A stretch of DNA of 64,000 nucleotides. Source: Yuukianura sp. NJ FZ-2021. Lineage: Eukaryota. A program made the position numbers and the translations under genes. The stretch spans positions 1,426,001-1,490,000 of the forward strand of contig CM102288.1 in NCBI GenBank assembly GCA_046563655.1. Direction: 5' to 3'. The notes under the pieces were generated by a model. That model saw only the letters and a list, made by a program, of their open reading frames with translations, did not search any database and was not told the origin of the DNA. Shown here piece after piece: positions 1 through 14,340 of the stretch (positions within the stretch are counted from its first letter, which is position 1; each line of letters starts with the position of its first letter).

Positions 1-786
1 CTCAAGTTTCGAATCCAGGACAACTTGGATTGACCTTTGATCTAACTCTACAATTCTAAAAAGTTTTGAAAATTTTGAAAAACTAAAAGAATTGCTAACA
101 TTTTGATTCTGTTTTTAGTTTTTCAGTATTTTAGTTTTGAACATTACGTAAACACATTGACTTTACTCGATGCCGTTCACACAAAAATTCTAAGTTTATG
201 TTGTATTATTAATTTTTTTTCCTAAAGTTCAGAAAATTTTTAAATTCTGTGGCATTTATGCTAGGTTTTTCAAAATTCAAAGAGTATATTTCAAATTTTC
301 GAATTTTTTTGTTTTTCGATGTTTTTCTAATTCTGTACAGGTAAAATCTGAGATGCTTAGAAGATGAAGAGTGAAAGATGCCAAGATTCCTTGTCAATTT
401 TTCTGCAGAATTCGACTTTCCCATTGTCTTTTTTTTGTCTTTTTTATGGACTTTTGACTTTTGCTGTTTGTCTGACGCCCACTTACAAACTTCACACTTA
501 GCACTTTTTAGACAAGTCGATCCCTCAGACAAAAAATCAACTGCTAATTCCCTATTGTACACCATACTAATACACTTATGCTATGAACATACAGAGTACA
601 TCTCACAGTACTTACTCAACTACAACATACACAACCCTAAACTTATACCAAAATTACTCACACCTTACTCATCTTACTCACAATTTACAAGGTTTAAGAT
701 TTTAGTTTAAGGTTGAATATTTTTTGAATACGTTTTTAGAACAGAATTCTATAAACAAATCGCTTCTTTTTTGAAAAATTTGTATC

Positions 787-2847
<2,061 letters not shown>

Positions 2848-3309
2848 TTAAGCTCCGTCGTTAAAAACGGATCTTTTATTGAACAGATTTTAGTTTTTTG
2901 AGTTCGATTTTTTGTCCAATTTTTTTTAAAAAAAAATTACAAAACAAACAACGAAATTAATTCAACAGTTTTGTTCTTTTTAACTGCTTTAGATTTTGGA
3001 TTCTTTTTTTTTCATTGCGTCTTTCTGATCTCTGTTTTGTGCCGACTTATAGACAATCATATGCAATGCAACTTATAATTAATTACTAATATATTTTTAA
3101 TTAGTTAGTTAAAATGTCTAAACGCAATCAATTACACTAACTTTAACAAAAATAATATTGTTGAAATAAATTAATCAGTGAAGTTATACATATGATTTCA
3201 ACAAAAAATAATATATAAGGGGTGGTAGGTATACTTGGACTGTTCCCCTTACGGTACTTTTTACAACTTCCGGTTGTAAATTCAATTCGGTTAAAACATT
3301 TTTACTACG

Positions 3310-3399
3310 TTCATTCATAAAAAAGTCACGTGGCACGTATTCATTCAAGAAAAGTCATATGATATTCGGTTCATTCATGAAAAAGTCAGGAGGTATTTC
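3310..3399. repeat. Three 30-bp-period repeats with core TTCATTCA-N(1-2)-AAAAGTCA
   Basis: Cores start at 3310, 3340 and 3370; the sequence between cores differs. Confidence 0.75.
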
Positions 3400-3457
3400 G
3401 AATTGATTTTAGCCGCGAAAATCCAAATTGTATTGTGTTTTCATAAATTTAGAAGCA

Positions 3458-3467
3458 GCGCATGCGC
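3458..3467. promoter_or_regulatory. NRF1/Erect-wing-type palindrome GCGCATGCGC, probably in the LRRFIP promoter
   Basis: Exact consensus match just upstream of + strand donor-like sites (~3536, ~3641) that look like 5'UTR exon ends. Confidence 0.5.
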
Positions 3468-4758
3468 AATACCTCATTTGAGAAACTCCCGCATTTGTGA
3501 TTTTCAGTTTTTCGTTTTTGTGATCAATCGATTTAGGTAATTCGGATTTGCAGTATCATATCGTTATCATTGTTCTACGTCGTCTTCGTCACTGCTTAAT
3601 TGTTGGCACGGTGTGCTGTTGTTTTGTGTGCAGGTCAAAGGTAAGGTCATCGTCATTCCAAGGCTTAGTTACTAAAAGTTAAGTTGTGTCTTGTGTCTGT
3701 TTCTGTGTGACTAATTTCTTTGATCCTACTATTTTAGTGTTCATTCTCTGTGTCTTTTTACAAGTCGACTCGTTCCCTTTATTGCCACTCACGAATTACG
3801 GCGAAACCTGCTTCACGAAGAAAGTGATTCGCTCAATCGATCGAAAGTTAAAAGAAATTTTATTGCATGAGAGATAGTTGATAGTCATTGGTTTAATTCT
3901 TGTTTCGTTTGTTATTTCTAGGAACGATTTGTACAAGAAGTTGCTGTTTTAGATGCTGAAGATACGAGTTTCCGATGTTTGAGGCCATCTGCCGTTGAGA
4001 ATTCCTTTGTATAGGAATTTCCTTTGCAATTCTGAAGATCCAAACGCCAAATCCTGTTTGAGAGGAATATAAGAAGGAGGAGCCCCCTTCAGCTGTCTCT
4101 GGTCTTTCACTACTCAATTCAATCCTCATTCTGTGATAAACAAGTAATTAATTGGCAATCTGTCACTACAACACATCCGGATTCTACACAAACGCAGTTG
4201 CTCACCTCTTCAACTAATCTGTGTCATTCCAGAATCAACTCTAGAGCAGGTCATGGCCAACTTCCTAGCGTTTGTGTCTTAGGTAATGTCCAGAAATCAC
4301 AACTTTTCAGTCACTGTGAGGGCAAAGATTTGTAAATTGTGATTGACCTTATTACTTTTCAGATATGCCAGAAGACGACAGTAAAGAATTGTTTATACAA
4401 ATGCTGGAATAAGGTCACGACGTCTTATTCTGTGCTTCGTCTTACGATTAGTGTGAAGACATAAAGTATATCAAGTGATTCAACTTTAACCAACATTGTG
4501 ATAGAATTCATTCCAACACTACTCTCAACCTACTTATCGTCATCAATTGGATTCAGTAATTTGAGAACAAGAAAGTGTAGCTGAATGATGAAAATGACTC
4601 CAGCAGATTACACTCTCACCGCAATTTCTTGAAACTGCTCGACCACTTAACTTCCTCTTCAAACTAAAACAATCTCTGGTGTTAATGATCAGTTGCTTGC
4701 TGACATTGTACCTTGTTCAACTGAATTGTGCTAAACACTGCCTGGTGGTTGATGGGTA

Positions 4759-7700
4759 ATGGATGACACTGATGGAGGGAAGGAAGAACTCAACAATGTG
4801 GGACACATTGGCAGTAGAAGAAGAATACTTCATAAGGCCCATTTCTCAGCTGAAGATGAAGCGCTGGATACAATTGCCAAGGAGGTAAGTGATCTAAAAC
4901 ATTATGAAACATTTACTGTTTTTCATCTTCTACATTTTACTAGTCGAGTGAGCTTTGTTGTCTAGAAAAAGTCTGTTTTCTTTTCTGGTAATTCAAAATT
5001 CACTTACAGTTATCTTATCTGCTGCGTCCGTTTGTTGTGTTTTACCAGAGAGTTGCCGATTACAGGGGTAAAGGTACCGGAAGAATCGGCAATAATTCAA
5101 TTACTTCGTTAATCTTCTGTTTACTGTTTACATTTGAGGTGGAACTCCTCTTTCTTCTTGCACATCAGGAAATTCAAAAAATTTCCTTCACGCAAGTCAA
5201 GGTAAATAGAATACTTATAGGTACGGTCCTTAAAAATTGTTTTTTCAAAACCGAGTTGCTATGGGATTTTCTTCACTCCATGTTCACTCATTTACAGTGT
5301 TGTTCAAAATTTTCAGCATTTTAGTCTCAATACTTTCGCCGCAAACTTAAAAATAGCTTAAAAACTCGGATGAACCTGTATTTTCACTCGGAGTGACGTC
5401 ACTGTGAGTGAAATTGTAAACAAATAAAGAATCGGTTTTGGTCGCTAAGGCATTTTTGCCGCCCCCTGCACGCAAGTTAGGAAATTCAAAAATTTTCCCC
5501 TTGGAAATTAGGAAATTCAAAAAATTTCCTTCACGGAAGTTAGGAAATTCAAAACTTTTCTTCTTGGAAATTAGGAAATACAAAAAATTTCCTTCACGGA
5601 AGTTAGGAAATTCAAAAATTTTCTTCTTGGAAATTAGGAAATTCAAAAAATTTGGAAATTCAAAAATTTTCTTCTTGGAAATCAGGAAATTCGAAAAAAA
5701 ATTCCTTCTTGGAAATCGCAAATTCAATTGATTGGAAATTGAAACTGAAGACGTCGTTTGCTTAGGTTTTATGAATTTAAAATTTTTCGTTCTTACAGGA
5801 CTGTATCTATGCAAATTCTGTTTTTTAGGAGATTTAGAAAATTCAAAACTGTCACAAGGTTTGATTCGTCATTAGAATTGAATTTGAGAATATTGAATGT
5901 CACTTGTGTACTACAGAGTTCGTAGCACTTGAATTCGCGTTGCAAACTGCAAAGATGCCCGGGAGTTTCTTGGCTTTTCCACACTTCCCACTCTCCGATG
6001 CTTCAAAAAGTTTCTATTTATAACACAAATCAAGACTTTGTACAAGTCTTTCACTCTTGCAGCTTTGTGTTATTTTGCCTCAATTCTTCATCTAAGATGC
6101 ATTTAGTTTTAGTAGTTGTGTAGAGTGTGCGTTTCATTCACCACGAACCCGCAATGGCCGATTCCTCTTTCTTCTACGTCAAAAATTATCGAGCAGAACG
6201 GTTACGTTTTAGTCAAAAATATGCCGGATCCAGTTCAGTTCTTAACAGAGACGATTTGCCTCAAGGGCCAGGTACACTTCGACTGGCTCCGTCTTTAGCC
6301 GGTTCTACTCTGTCTCTAGCCGATTCTTCACACTTCAATTACAGCTTTCAACCGCTCAAAGTATCTTTGGTGTCTCCAGTGCGTCTGACAGGGTTCATTC
6401 CATCTTCGGATGACTTGAGTTCGGCACCGCATCGGTCCGAATATAAACGAACTTTGTCGGGCGGTACCGAGTGGCGGTCGAACAGTGCCGATCCGGAAGT
6501 GAACTTTCAGTATAATCCATACACTCCGAAGTCATATACTGCTCTGCGTGGTACGAGTCTTGATAGAAGAATTAGAAATGGCTTCAGCAGTAGCATTATG
6601 TCACTGGATAGGATGGGAGAAGATCATGGAAGTGTAGCTGCTTATGCCTCGACAGTGTCGTCGTATGCCTGGGATCCTAAGGGCCCACTACACTCGTCCA
6701 AGTACTCTCTGCTGGAAAATGGATTTGAAGAGGTCAAAGGTCAAGGTCACCAGAAACAGAACAATGACTGGAATGCAGGAACTGCATTGGCTCCAGCACC
6801 TCCTCCTCCTCCAGCTCCACCGTTACCTCCAGGTCCAGCAGCAGCGTCTGAAGAAACGGAGGAAATCGCTGGAAGTTGGACTAAGCGACGTCGTCGACCT
6901 TGTCCATCACAAGTCCCTTCGTTTTTAAGCGATGAGGATCATCAAACACTGGCAATAGTAAGTCAGCGATTTAGTGACCTTTGGTCACTTTTCAGCGATT
7001 TTACGCGCCGTTAGCGCGTTTGAATTTCGTTTTCGATGTGTCTGATTCTGGGATTTGTGTTTTCGGATTTTGTGTAAGTCGTTTTCGTGGTGCGGAATAT
7101 TTTATGTCGCTGTGGCTCCTTTTGACACGACAGTTGAATTTGAAATGAAATTGGATTTTAGTTTTTGTATAGATTTTCCTACTTTTTTCGGCTTCTGGTT
7201 TTCTGTTTGAGGGATAATGGAAATGGAATTGGAAATTAGGAATTATTGGTAGGAGTGGGTGGCAGTTTTTGGTAACAATTTGGAGAACTAACCCTGCGGT
7301 TAGCTTTACTTTTTTGGACTAAAGAACTTAATATCCCATTAGAATTCAAGTACTACACAATTTATTAGTAAAGTTACCAGAAGCCAACTCCCTTCCTCTC
7401 TCTCTCCCTTGTGGTCCATTATTCTGCTCTTCAGCAAACAATAGATTTCCAAACAGATCTAAAACTCTGTACATACTTCAGTTGTTCAAGAGATGTGAAA
7501 GTTCATACACAGATTCTCACTGTTCAGACTTTGGAGTCAAGGTGTACATTCGAAATTTCGAAATTTTAGTGAGAGAGACTTTCGAAATTTGATTTTGAAA
7601 ATTGCAATTTATGTCATTCCTCATTTCGTTTCCTTCTGTCGAGAAACGTTCAGAAAGTTAAGACTGAAGTTACTAGGTCAAGTTTTTATTTTAGTGACTT

Positions 7701-10700
7701 GGAAGTTGGGATTTGAAGTTGAGTGTGAAGACAGAAGATTCATTTGCGTTGAAAATGTGAAAATGTTTGACTCTTTGTTGAATTAGTCATTATTCAAGTC
7801 ATCATCATCATAAACTCAGAGTTTGTTTCGTCAAGGTTGACTTTGACCACTACTCACACGCCTCGTCATAGTCTATCTTTGGATTTTTACTTTGTTACTC
7901 CACGTAGTACGTGAAGCTTAACATGAAATTGGAGAGTTCGAGGTGTTCAGGTGGTAATTGACAAACAGAACGAACAGTTTTGGTCTTTGTCGTCTTCTCA
8001 TCTTTGGACTTTGAATTTTATTGAAGAAACTTATACCAAAAGTGACTTTTTGTTATACTAAAAGTGATTTCTTGTTAATACTGAAAGTTCAGTTTTTGAG
8101 GAAATATCAAAGTGTGGTTTTCAACACTAGAACTTCATGACAAGGGAATTGGAGCCTTGGAGGATCCCCATCTGACCTTCTATTTTTCAAAGGCAGCACA
8201 CGCCCCTTCCAAATCCAACCAACTTCTCCCTTGTTTTGGCTGTGGAGTTCCCTAATTTTGTGAAACCAGGAGAGTACGACATTTGAAGGCACAGGAAGGA
8301 CTAAACTTGGACAGATTCACAGAATTAGTGTAGCAGAAGGGGAGTCACCGGCAAAAGACTTAGGAACTTACCGAAATACGGACCCCTTCAGTTGATTTTA
8401 CGAGCTGCATCTGCTTGGTGTTCTAAATCTCTATTTCAAAATTTTAAAAATTGTTCTGTTCGAAATGGATAGTAAAAGTTCCAGAAAAAGTAAAAGGGGA
8501 CAGGGCCCTGGAACTGCTACGAAGAAAACACAGAATACAGCGGCAAATAAGTCAAAGGTCAAGAAAAGTGTGAAAAAGAAGGAAGATGAAGCTCAGAAAG
8601 TTGAAGCGAAGACGCTGGACGCTGAAATGCAGAAAGTTGAAGTGCCGACGCCGGACGCTGAAGTTGAGAAAGTTGAAGTGCCGACGCTGGACGCTGAAGT
8701 GCAGAAAGTTGAAGAAGTGACGCTGGACGCTGAAAAGACAGATTCGGAGCGGTTTGTGGTGGTGGGTGAAAGTAGTGTTAGGGAAGATGAAGTAAATGAA
8801 GAAATCAATGAAAAGATCGATACGGAAAGTGCATTTGGAGCAGAGAAGATAGAGGAAGCTGCACAAGTTGAGGAAAAACCGGAAGGTCAAAGTCACGGAA
8901 TCGCTGAACCTGAAGATCAATTGGGCGTACAGGACATAGTTACGTCCAAAAACGATTCAGCGACGACAACTGAAGCTGAACTTGGTCACGAACGACACGA
9001 CGACGACATTTCGGGTGACCTCCAACCGGAAGTCGTAGTTAGTCAAGACACAACAGATTCCGAAGTTGACAGTGCCAGTGTACCGGAGACGATGAAGCTC
9101 GATCCGAACGCTTTCGGTCCGTCCGAGTCGTCACGTGACGATAGTTCATGTGCCGATGACCTTACGCCGGTCAACGAAACTCCGACCAACGCCAACTTTA
9201 TGACGACTTCAGTCCGAATCCAGTCAGATAAAGAAGACGAATCTTCGTCTACTGAAGTTTGGTGGACAGCAAGGGAAGATTTGGCTGGCGGAAGTGACGA
9301 AGGGAGTCTCCGGGCCACTTCGGCTTTAAGTCTAGACGACCTTAGTGATGGATTGATGGACACCATGTTGTCACCCTCAGGAAGTCACAAGGGCCCAGGA
9401 GCCCTTGAGTGCCATAAACTACCGGTTTTGAGTAGCACTGCGACTGAAACTTGTGTTGAAACTAGAGATGCAACGACTCTGACTGACATTGTGCCACTCC
9501 CTTCTTCCATAAATGGACACAAAGTGCCAGAAAGTCCAACGGGGGAGGTCAAAGGTCGAAAAGTGGACAAAAGTGAGAGTGGACATGGACGAAGAGGAAG
9601 CATTGTTAGGGGTCAGAGTTTGTGTGAGGAGTTTACACCAGAAGATTCGTCAATTGTGGACTATTTAGTTGATGTTCAGGACGGAGTAATGGAATTATAA
9701 AATTATTCATTACGTCAATTAATCATTACGTCATTAATTATTAATTTAGACCAGAAAATTAGTAACCACGGTCGACTTTCTAAATTTTCAGTAGCTTTTC
9801 CTTATTCTGTTCCACCTCGACGTCAGATCTCCTTCTGTGTACCTTGAAAGTTGTAATTTTTAGTCAACCTGCGATTTTAGACTACGTTAAAACTTTAGTT
9901 TGCTAAAAGTTGCTAAGTTTAATGAATAATTATTTCTGTTTTAATTGTTTCAGGCAGAAGCACGACTTGCAGCACGACGACAAGCGAGAGCCGAAGCACG
10001 GGAAATCCGAATGAAGGAACTGGAAAAGCAACAAAAGGAATCCGAGGAGAACGCAGACAGGCACTATGACATGCAGCAGTCCACTGGCAAGTGAAAAACA
10101 CATATTTTAAGAATATATTAATAATATTATGAATTAATGAATAATTTATATTATTTGATGATTTTAGATGTTGTAAATCGTGCAGCGTTTCGGGTAGCCC
10201 TGGGCAATCACCACCGTCCAGCCTCCCATACCCACTCGCTGGGTTCTACAAGCTACCATTCGAGTCGCCGGAGTTCAGAAGAGTCGTCAGAAGATGGTCA
10301 CATGAGCATGAGAGACATGCGGGTAAGTTTTAAGTTGTTGAATTACTAAATTGTAATTAACTAAAAGTGGTGATGGTAGTTTAGAATTTTGTGGTACTTT
10401 TTGAACTTTCTGTCTATTTTCTCTATTTTTCTTCGAAACTAATTCAACTCTCTGTCTGTCTTTCTAAAATTTCCAAATTGCAAAAACGTAGAATGCAAAT
10501 GGACAAATTGATCGCTACGTGATGCTAAGGGTAATCACAAGTTTTTCATCTTTGAATTAATGTTGGTCGTCAACTGTAGCTTTAGCTTAGCTTCTAATGA
10601 ACTGTGTAGCTTCTGTGTCATGTTTCTGTTGAAAATTGAAGAAAGGTTGTAATTGACTTTGTGATTGATTCCACAGCACGAACTGAAGGAGTTGGAGGAC

Positions 10701-12394
10701 AAGTTCCGGAAATCCATGGTGCAGAATGCTCAGTTGGACAATGAGAAGTCAGCCTTGACTTATCATGTAGAACTCCTCAAAGACAAAATAGAAGACCTGG
10801 AGGAGGCTCTGGGTCAAACGACAAGGGACCTCAGAGACAAAAGTAGAGACTGTGAACAGTTGAAACGGGTCACGGCGGAACTGGTAACGAAAATATATTA
10901 ATATATTAAATATAATTTATAAAATGAAATGTTTAATCGATGGTATAATTTTGATTTAGGAACAAAGTGTAAGAGAAGAGCTTGCATTCCTCAAGTACCA
11001 ACTCCAAGAGAAGGAGCAGTTGATCAAAGTAAGATTCTTGGTGCAAGAAGAATTTTGAAATAGGAATTTTTTTTGAAAACTAAATTCGAAATTTTGAAAA
11101 TGTAGGAGTACGGTCTAGTCGTCGTGGAGAATGAGGTGGAAGTGGACGTGGGAAATGGCGAGAGAGAGACGAGGTTGAAGCGGACGTTGGTTACACAAGA
11201 GACGGCCGACGTCCTTTCGACTTTGGGCGAAGGATCTTTAGGTAATAAAACCAAAATTGGAGAAAACAGGATCGTAAAAACTTTATTTGAAATTAATTTG
11301 GAGTAGTTAAAGTAAATGTACTTTTGGTTTTTGATTGTAGACGTCCGATTGCGCAGAGTTTTAGAAGAGAAGAATGAGTTGATGGATGAACTACGAAGAC
11401 TTAAATTGGATTTGGAGGAAGAGCAGAGTCTCAATTCCAAAGGAAATCACAACCATGTAACAAATCACGTCAATGGTCCTGACGGAGATCAATCAGAAAT
11501 ACACCGTGAGGAAACTGAAATTTGAAGCTGAAAATTGAAATTTCATTTTTTTGAAATGATGTGATTTGGGTTTTTCTCATTTTGCAATTTTTTTTTAGGT
11601 GAAGTGAGTAAACAAATGGCAGATTACAAATACAAAATTCAAAAATATGAACAAGAAATCCTTGCATTGCAGGCCAATGTAAGTCATGAGATGTGTGAAT
11701 ATTGTTAAAAATTGTTAGATTAATTAACTTTAAGTTAATTAATTACTTGGTTTGTCTTGATTTATGAAGGTATCGAGGCTAGATGGTCAAGTGAACAGGT
11801 TCAGAAGTGCAGCAGAAGAGGCGGAGACACGAGAAGATGATTTGAAAGTAGAGAAACGAAAACTTCAACGCGAAGTAAGAATTTAACAAAAAAAGTATTT
11901 TTCTTTTTCTGAAATTTTGAAACTTATAGCTGTTTTTAGGGTGGATGTTCTTAAATTTTTATTTGACTTTTTTTTAAGTTTGGAAGCTAAACTTATAACG
12001 GTGGTCTTTGGTTTGGCTTCTTCCTCTTCCTTCCTCTTCTACTTCATTAGGATTTTACTCTGACTTTTTGCATGAGTTCCTTTCTTGTAAATATTTTTTC
12101 ATTACTTTTTTTCAAAATTTGCAACGTGTAGAACAATCTGTGTCAGCGCAAACTTTTCACTGTGTCAAACAAACCTACATTTTCCTATATTCCTGTTAAA
12201 GCGTTGATAGAATATGTGTTTTGGCTTCTAAATTTCAAAATTTTAACTTTGAACTAAAAATGAGTTGACTTTTTTTTGAACAGTTACGGGAAGCTCAATC
12301 GAGGTTAGACGAAGTTGAAACTACAAATTCTCACCTTCAGAAAAGATTGGATAAACTCAAAACGGCAAAGTCAAATTTACTAAAAGATCTTTAG
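4759..12394 (+). CDS. LRRFIP2: Leucine-rich repeat flightless-interacting protein (LRRFIP1/2 family coiled-coil), short-N-terminus isoform
   Basis: Exons 4759-4884, 9954-10086, 10168-10322, 10677-10883, 10960-11028, 11106-11241, 11341-11505, 11599-11678, 11770-11874, 12284-12394. Hallmarks [90 protein letters not shown]. Confidence 0.93.
5469..5720. repeat. Intronic minisatellite, 63-bp period built from two ~31-bp AGGAAATTCAAAAA subunits
   Basis: Units start at 5469, 5532 and 5595, then decay; a related fragment lies at ~5153-5200. Confidence 0.85.
6154..6957 (+). CDS. Alternative first coding exon B of LRRFIP (~268 aa, Ser/Pro-rich)
   Basis: Open frame from ATG 6154 ends ...[13 protein letters not shown]|gtaagt. 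This phase-0 donor matches the acceptor at 9954. Confidence 0.75.
8465..9685 (+). CDS. Alternative first coding exon C of LRRFIP (~407 aa, acidic, probably disordered)
   Basis: 411-aa ORF ending ...[19 protein letters not shown]|gtaatg. Phase-0 donor compatible with exon 9954, but weaker than the other two, so a standalone single-exon ORF is not excluded. Confidence 0.65.
8594..8737 (+). repeat. Coding tandem repeat, 4 x 36 bp ((Q/E)KVExxT(L/P)DAEx)
   Basis: Units start at 8594, 8630, 8666 and 8702. Confidence 0.9.
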
Positions 12395-13974
12395 AAGAAA
12401 TAAAAAACGGAAATCTGAAAAAATCACAATCAAAATGGACTTAAACACGGGACGACTAAAATTCAAACAAAAATGTTGGGGAAAATGCGACAAAAACTTT
12501 TTCATCGTTGAAGATTTTGATTTGACTGCTGGAGCAGTCTCCCGTCTGCCTAGTACTTTGTGAATCGTCCTCGGTTTTAACCTTACTCATGTTCTTAATT
12601 GTTATTTAATTGAATAGTTAATGTAAATGTTATGTTAGTTTAAATGTTAGTTAGGATTTAAGTATTAAAGTCCGTTACCAATCAAATATCGCCACCACAA
12701 GATGAAGGAAGAGAGGCAAAAAACAGTTTTTAGAACTCGGTGCCATGTTTTTAAGATAACTACTTGCCTGTGTAAAAGTATTGGAGAAGTTAGTTAAAAA
12801 GGAGTTGGTTTGTATTAGAATTTAGTGTTAATTGTTGTTATTAATTAGTTAATTGACACTTAAGTATTTGACATATCAATGACTGAATGGTATTAACTAG
12901 ATTGACACGCTCCCTCAATGTCCACCTTTATAAAAACGATTGTCTTTTTGTAACTTCTATAATGAAAGGCAATTCGAATTGAACAATAATTACGTAATTG
13001 TAACTTTAACTGTTCAAATTCTTAATTAACTCGTCGCATTTGTTAATTCGCATGACATGTTTCACACCTTTCTTACTAAAAAAAAATGTTTTCACATTTT
13101 TGGACTTTTAAAAAAATTGCTAAAAACTAGAAACTGACTTTTAAAAAAAGGTGATGCATTAGGGTGTTTTGTTTCGGTGCTCGAAGAAGAACGTGTTTTT
13201 GTGAAAAAAATGGAAGTAGGAAAAGTTTTGTATTAATTACTAATTAATTGATTTTAAAAGTAATTTGTACAACTAAAAGTAATTATTCATAGACGTTTCT
13301 ACAATTTTGAAATTAAATTTCAAAGTTTGAAGTGAAATTTCGAAATTTTGAAAAGTTAACTCTCCACTCATACGGAAGGTCAGAGTCTCCTGGAAATAAA
13401 AAATTTCTCACATTACTGCAAAAATGTTTTCAAAAAAACGAATTATCAAAACTTTGTTGAAATTTGAAACACAGTTGAGAAGGCTGTATGAATTTTCAGA
13501 GTTTTTGAATATCTTTGAAAACTATTTTCGAAATCTGAAATTATAAAACTTTGAAAATTCATAACTTATTCCTAAGTAGACGCCACTTAAAAACTAATTT
13601 TCTTCACTCCTGAACTGAAGCCCAAAATCAGCCACAGAAAAGTTAGCCTAATTTTTATTCGGCGTGGAGAAGCAGCAGAAAAACTACGATTAAAATAAGT
13701 TTCATTTTAAATTCTTTTTTCAAAATTTTTCGTTTGTGGAACTAGAGATATGTGACATGAAATTTTCATCTTGACTGGATAAATGGTGGCAAAGTAATAG
13801 TAAAAATCGCGAAGAAATTTCAAAATTTAACAAAATTTTGAGAGTGTTTTTCGCAAAAAATTTTGCACCAACTTATGCGAAATACTGTTCTGCAACTTGA
13901 ACCGGGCGATGGAGTTGCAGAAATTGCAGCAGAGATCAAATTTTCAGAATTTTTCTAAAATGGGAATTGTGCTT

Positions 13975-14340
13975 TTGTTTTTGGAAGTTTTTGAAAGAGT
14001 CTTTTACATGGGAGGCCTTCGAGAGAGGAGAAAAATAGACAGGAGATTATACGGACCAAAGAGGCAGGTGGCTCCTCTCTGCTTTTTGGATTTTTGTATG
14101 GGAAGGCAAAGGCCACCGACGGCAAAAAAGTTGAGAAAGGCGAGGAGCCTTTGTGGACTGTACGATCCCCGCATAGCTCCCCACAGTTTCAAAGCACACA
14201 ACCTTTAAACTGCTCCGTGTACAATCTCTTCCAAAGAATTAAAAAAATTAAAAAACTTTAAAAATTCATACCTCAGGAACGGAATGCGTTAGAAATCTAA
14301 TCTTTTCACGCCTGAATTCATAATGACCTCAAGTATTTTT
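13975..14340 (+). mobile_element. Dispersed non-coding repeat, copy 1 (probable non-autonomous transposon fragment)
   Basis: Aligns by eye to the reverse complement of ~42353-42710 (shared AAAGAGTCTTTTACATGGGAGGCCTTCG...GGACCAAAGAGGCAGGT...CTCTCTGCTTTTTGGATTTTTGTATGGGAAGGC). Ends approximate. Confidence 0.8.

Noticed and set aside
3310..3399. Repeat-spacer pattern resembling a mini CRISPR array
   Set aside because: Only three imperfect cores with ~10-nt spacers, no cas genes, and a eukaryotic context.
5347..5814. 155-aa and 97-aa ORFs with repeated peptides
   Set aside because: Translation artefacts of the 63-bp intronic minisatellite.
8552..9603. Antisense ORFs opposite LRRFIP exon C (and similar ones opposite other exons)
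   Set aside because: Shadow frames of real coding sequence with no independent features.
13897..14208. ORF similar to the ORF at 42419-42676, suggesting a small gene family
   Set aside because: Similarity is at the DNA-repeat level, breaks down outside the core, and shows no transposase or other recognisable motif.
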